Below are positions 61,568-64,000 of a stretch of DNA of 64,000 nucleotides, piece by piece. A program made the translations under genes and the position numbers. A model generated the notes under the pieces. It had not been told where the DNA came from. It made no database searches and saw only the letters and a list, made by a program, of their open reading frames with translations. Source of the stretch: an uncultured Acidimicrobiales bacterium (GTDB taxonomy: Bacteria > Actinomycetota > Acidimicrobiia > Acidimicrobiales > SZUA-35); contig CALAJQ010000016.1 of the NCBI GenBank assembly GCA_937922785.1, forward strand, positions 158,003 to 222,002, in the 5' to 3' direction. Positions within the stretch are counted from its first letter, which is position 1. Each line of letters opens with the position of its first letter.

Positions 61568-62674
61568 TCAGCCGTTTGGTCTTGCCACGATTTCTACCGG
61601 GGCAACAATGCCGTCGCCTAACGCGTGGGACAGGTTGCCAAACATGGTCGGCCAGCCCGAACCCATCAAGTGCGAGAGGTTAACTGGCGGAGGCTGATCC
61701 TTGGCCTTCGAAACGGCGAGGCGGACAAGGTCCAACCGGTTGACAGGTGGCGTGCAGCTAAGTCCCGCAGCTGTTAGCGCGGCAACATAGGCCTGAGGAC
61801 GCTCAACGAAGCTGGTAGCAGGATCTGATGACCAGGGCACTGGGTATGTGATCTCGCCGTCGCTAACGCGCATGATGTCATAAACGTGGATGGTGCCGTG
61901 GCTAGCGACGATCCGCCCCAACTCGGTAAAGAGACCAACCTTGTCTTCGATGTTCATTCCAACGTGCACCAAGGTGACGGCGTCGAAGTAGTCATCTTCA
62001 AAATCGAGGTTTGATGCATCGGCCACGCTGAAGCTGGTCGCAGCGCTCATACCCACCAACTCGCTGAGCTCTGATGCCGTGCTCACGAAGACGGGCGTCA
62101 GGTCGACTCCTGTCACATGGCAACCCATAGTTTGGGCAACGGTCCTGGCAACGCCGCCGATGCCGCAACCAACGTCAAGTACCCGAGAGTCACTGGTTAA
62201 GGAAGCGGAGGTCAACAGTTCAACCGTGGCTAACCGGCCACCAAGGTGAAACTCATCGACACCGGCAAGATCGTCAGGGCCCAGCTCATTGAGATCGTGG
62301 CCCGATTGTTTGAGCTGAGCCAAGATCACCTTGATCGGTTGATCCTGGCCGTAGTGGTCGATGACCGAACCAACCACATTGTCCTTCGGGCCCAATCGAG
62401 AAGAGGCCTCGCCAACTTCGGTTATCCACAGTTCGGGCAACCTAAACAGTTTTGAGACTTGACCCCCTGAGGCGGCGCGGGCAGCGGCTTCTGCGGATGA
62501 GAAACCGGACTCGCCTTGACCAGGCAGAAGGGTCCACCGACCGCCGTCTTCGGGATCGCTGCGAAAGACCGCGAAGCCGAACTGGCCATCGAGGGCATAA
62601 ACGTCGACGCAGTATTGCTGGTCAGGCGAGGAAACGCTGCTTAAGACTTGCCATCCATGACGATTTTTCCGCAC
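61568..62674 (-). CDS. class I SAM-dependent methyltransferase with an N-terminal extra domain; the ORF reads through 47-bp element copy C
   Basis: SAM motif I VLDVGCGIGG, and the methyltransferase core starts near VIDHYGQ. About 70 aa of upstream domain (WQVLSS...FAVFRSDPEDGGRW...) is joined to it by 16 codons encoded by the repeat (GGQVSKLFRLPELWIT). Alternative methyltransferase starts are TTG 62395 and GTG 62377. Confidence 0.7.
   Translation of the reverse strand: MRKNRHGWQVLSSVSSPDQQYCVDVYALDGQFGFAVFRSDPEDGGRWTLLPGQGESGFSSAEAAARAASGGQVSKLFRLPELWITEVGEASSRLGPKDNVVGSVIDHYGQDQPIKVILAQLKQSGHDLNELGPDDLAGVDEFHLGGRLATVELLTSASLTSDSRVLDVGCGIGGVARTVAQTMGCHVTGVDLTPVFVSTASELSELVGMSAATSFSVADASNLDFEDDYFDAVTLVHVGMNIEDKVGLFTELGRIVASHGTIHVYDIMRVSDGEITYPVPWSSDPATSFVERPQAYVAALTAAGLSCTPPVNRLDLVRLAVSKAKDQPPPVNLSHLMGSGWPTMFGNLSHALGDGIVAPVEIVARPNG
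62421..62467 (+). repeat. 47-bp dispersed element, copy C
   Basis: gttatccacagttcgggcaacctaaacagttttgagacttgaccccc, antisense and inside the methyltransferase ORF. Confidence 0.9.
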
Positions 62675-62721
62675 TCGCCGATCTTAGGCTCGTCAGTGTG
62701 TTCGTGTTGCCAAGAAATTGC

Positions 62722-63156
62722 ATGGGGTTTGATTGTGGGCCGGCTGAGGTGACTGCTGGCCGAGATGCCTTTATGCCCTGGTTGCATTCGCTTGGGAACT
62801 CCTTTGAGGGCCAGGTTCGCGTTCAAGAATTGCAATCAAACGTGATTAGGTCCTTTGATGCGTTTGAGCTTGAGGGCCTTGGCCTATGGCTCCTTCACAA
62901 CAAATTCGCCTCGACCGTTGGCGTCGTCCCCGACGCTCCAAAGGCTGGCTTTGCCTATGCCGTGGACCAAGAATTCGTCAGGCTTGACGTGCCTGACTTC
63001 TTAAGAGGTTGGGGACCGATCGTTCCCTCGGCGATTGACCTGAACGCTGATCTCACAGATGCTCACTGGCAGCTAATCACAACAACCGACCGGGCCTATG
63101 CCGACAAGTTCAAGCCGACAAAGCTAAGTCACGTCTTGTTTAACTATTGGGACTGA
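62722..63156 (+). CDS. hypothetical protein
   Basis: The 3' part of track ORF 62452..63156. Start moved to ATG 62722, because the upstream part is antisense to the methyltransferase ORF and begins inside the repeat. No family recognised. Confidence 0.5.
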   Translation: MGFDCGPAEVTAGRDAFMPWLHSLGNSFEGQVRVQELQSNVIRSFDAFELEGLGLWLLHNKFASTVGVVPDAPKAGFAYAVDQEFVRLDVPDFLRGWGPIVPSAIDLNADLTDAHWQLITTTDRAYADKFKPTKLSHVLFNYWD

Positions 63157-63160
63157 CCAA

Positions 63161-63254
63161 CTCAAAAGTCAGCTGGAGGTGACAAAACACCGAAATTCCT
63201 GCTGGGGGTGACAACTATTGTCACCGGGGGCTGACTTTTGGGAGAATTGTCACC
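63161..63254. repeat. nested/interleaved inverted repeats built from four GGTGACAA/TTGTCACC boxes
   Basis: GGTGACAA at 63178 and 63207. TTGTCACC at 63218 and 63247. Central perfect palindrome GGTGACAA-CTA-TTGTCACC. A second 11 to 13-bp inverted repeat, CAAAAGTCAGC (63163) / GCTGACTTTTG (63230), interleaves with them. Confidence 0.85.
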
Positions 63255-63335
63255 TGGGGCAGAAATTTGAGTGGACGGCAGATGGGCGGCTGGGATCGTG
63301 CCGGGTGTCAGTCCGAGTCGGCGGATCAGGGCGGG

Positions 63336-63902
63336 TCAGCCGGTGAGGTTGTTAGACAGCACCCAATATCCCTCGACGTCAACCACGTTCGAGCTTGGCT
63401 TCGGCGGATCTAGCTTCTCACCGATTTCGTTTCGCACTTCAAGTACCCAAGTGTTGTGTTGGTACTCGTGATTAATGACCGCACGCAACAGGCCATCAGC
63501 AATGATCGAAAGCTGAGCTGGCGCGCTAACGTCACCAGAAGCGATTCGCTGAATGATTGACTTCGTCGATTTGGCTACTTCTGCTCGGAACGCAAGAACC
63601 TGTTCCATCGGTGGAAGATCGCCGCGTTGGGGTTCAGTCGTGGCGGAATCAAAGAGTGCATCGAATGACTGGTTAAACGAAGGCTCAGCTGCGGTCAGGT
63701 TTCGCACCATGTAGTGGTTCACAGCTGCCTGATGCCCGAGGTGCCATCCCAGCCCGCTGCTTTGTTCGTTCGGTCGCCACGCACACTGCTCATCGGAAAG
63801 ACCTTCAATGAGACTCTCGGAATAGGAGCGAGCGAGGTCGTACTCATGCAACGTTGCCTGAAGGGTCGAACGAGACGCGTTGGGGTTGGAGCTCATGTTC
63901 AA
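63336..63902 (-). CDS. DinB family protein
   Basis: 188 aa four-helix pattern with GWHLGHQAAVNHYMV and a His-rich metal-site layout typical of DinB_2. Confidence 0.7.
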   Translation of the reverse strand: MNMSSNPNASRSTLQATLHEYDLARSYSESLIEGLSDEQCAWRPNEQSSGLGWHLGHQAAVNHYMVRNLTAAEPSFNQSFDALFDSATTEPQRGDLPPMEQVLAFRAEVAKSTKSIIQRIASGDVSAPAQLSIIADGLLRAVINHEYQHNTWVLEVRNEIGEKLDPPKPSSNVVDVEGYWVLSNNLTG

Positions 63903-63916
63903 TTAGGGTACCGCTG

Positions 63917-64000
63917 GTGACCCAGCACAAGAGTTCCGTCGCCATCATCGGAGCCGGTGTCAGTGGCCTAGCCCTTGCCAATTCGCTTCACGAGATTGGC
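63917..64000 (+). CDS. FAD/NAD(P)-binding oxidoreductase (N-terminal fragment; continues past window end)
   Basis: GTG start, then VTQHKSSVAIIGAGVSGLALANSLHEIG (GxGxxG dinucleotide-binding fold). Confidence 0.6.
   Translation, partial: MTQHKSSVAIIGAGVSGLALANSLHEIG

Noticed and set aside
6604-62467. The four perfect TTATCCACA DnaA boxes as a sign of a replication origin or a datA/DARS-like locus
   Set aside because: The boxes are single, spread over 56 kb, and each is embedded in the same 47-bp repeat. There is no cluster, no AT-rich unwinding element and no dnaA/dnaN nearby. A DnaA interaction with individual copies is not excluded.
55099-62467. An intact Tn3-family or composite transposon bounded by the inverted 47-bp elements
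   Set aside because: No transposase, resolvase or integrase ORF lies inside or adjacent, and the 5-nt flanks (TTGAA / TGAGG) are not a target-site duplication. Kept only as a degenerate or in-trans hypothesis in the findings.
62452-62721. N-terminal 90 aa of plus-strand ORF 62452..63156, which starts at a TTG inside element copy C
   Set aside because: It is an Arg-rich sequence antisense to the N-terminal domain of the methyltransferase ORF. A proper ATG at 62722 starts the part that lies in otherwise non-coding DNA.

Overview
This 64 kb window is a gene-dense, moderately GC-rich stretch of bacterial chromosome. The gene content points to an actinobacterium: a cvnABCD conservon, DinB/mycothiol-type domains, an LLM oxidoreductase, ArsR-SRPBCC pairs, a Tat-exported enzyme and a leaderless-type promoter. 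I support about 60 protein genes and found no rRNA, tRNA, CRISPR array, transposase, integrase or phage gene. Many neighbouring genes share 4-nt ATGA or GTGA stop/start overlaps, which indicates tight operons.

Recognisable content, left to right:
- A polar-amino-acid ABC importer operon that ends in two tandem SAH-hydrolase paralogs.
- selD, whose true N-terminus contains an in-frame UGA (selenocysteine) that the ORF track cuts off.
- A GATase, a PAS-AraC regulator and putA.
- mhpF and mhpE.
- An acyl-CoA ligase.
- A large BNR/Vps10-like protein.
- Two ArsR-type units.
- lldD-like and haloalkane dehalogenase genes.
- ppc.
- A Tat-exported animal-type heme peroxidase.
- A conservon (cvnABCD) fused into one operon with an ammonium channel and a SHOCT protein, with no glnK.
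- A degenerate EAL protein.
- A SEC-C / TerB / helicase trio.
- A MarR-headed aerobic kynurenine pathway operon (HAAO, kynureninase, KMO, TDO) extended by ALDH, DapA-like and NadX-like genes.
- A two-component system next to an MsrQ-like/ApbE module.

The most unusual observations:
1. The conservon-amt-SHOCT operon.
2. A 47-bp dispersed element present four times. It sits exactly on ORF boundaries, has stop codons in all three frames of one orientation, truncates a PCu(A)C gene, and as an inverted pair brackets a 7.3 kb module.
3. An active plus degenerate SAH-hydrolase pair.
4. Several families of short structured or phased repeats in intergenic regions.

All functions are inferred by eye from motifs. 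No database search was run.
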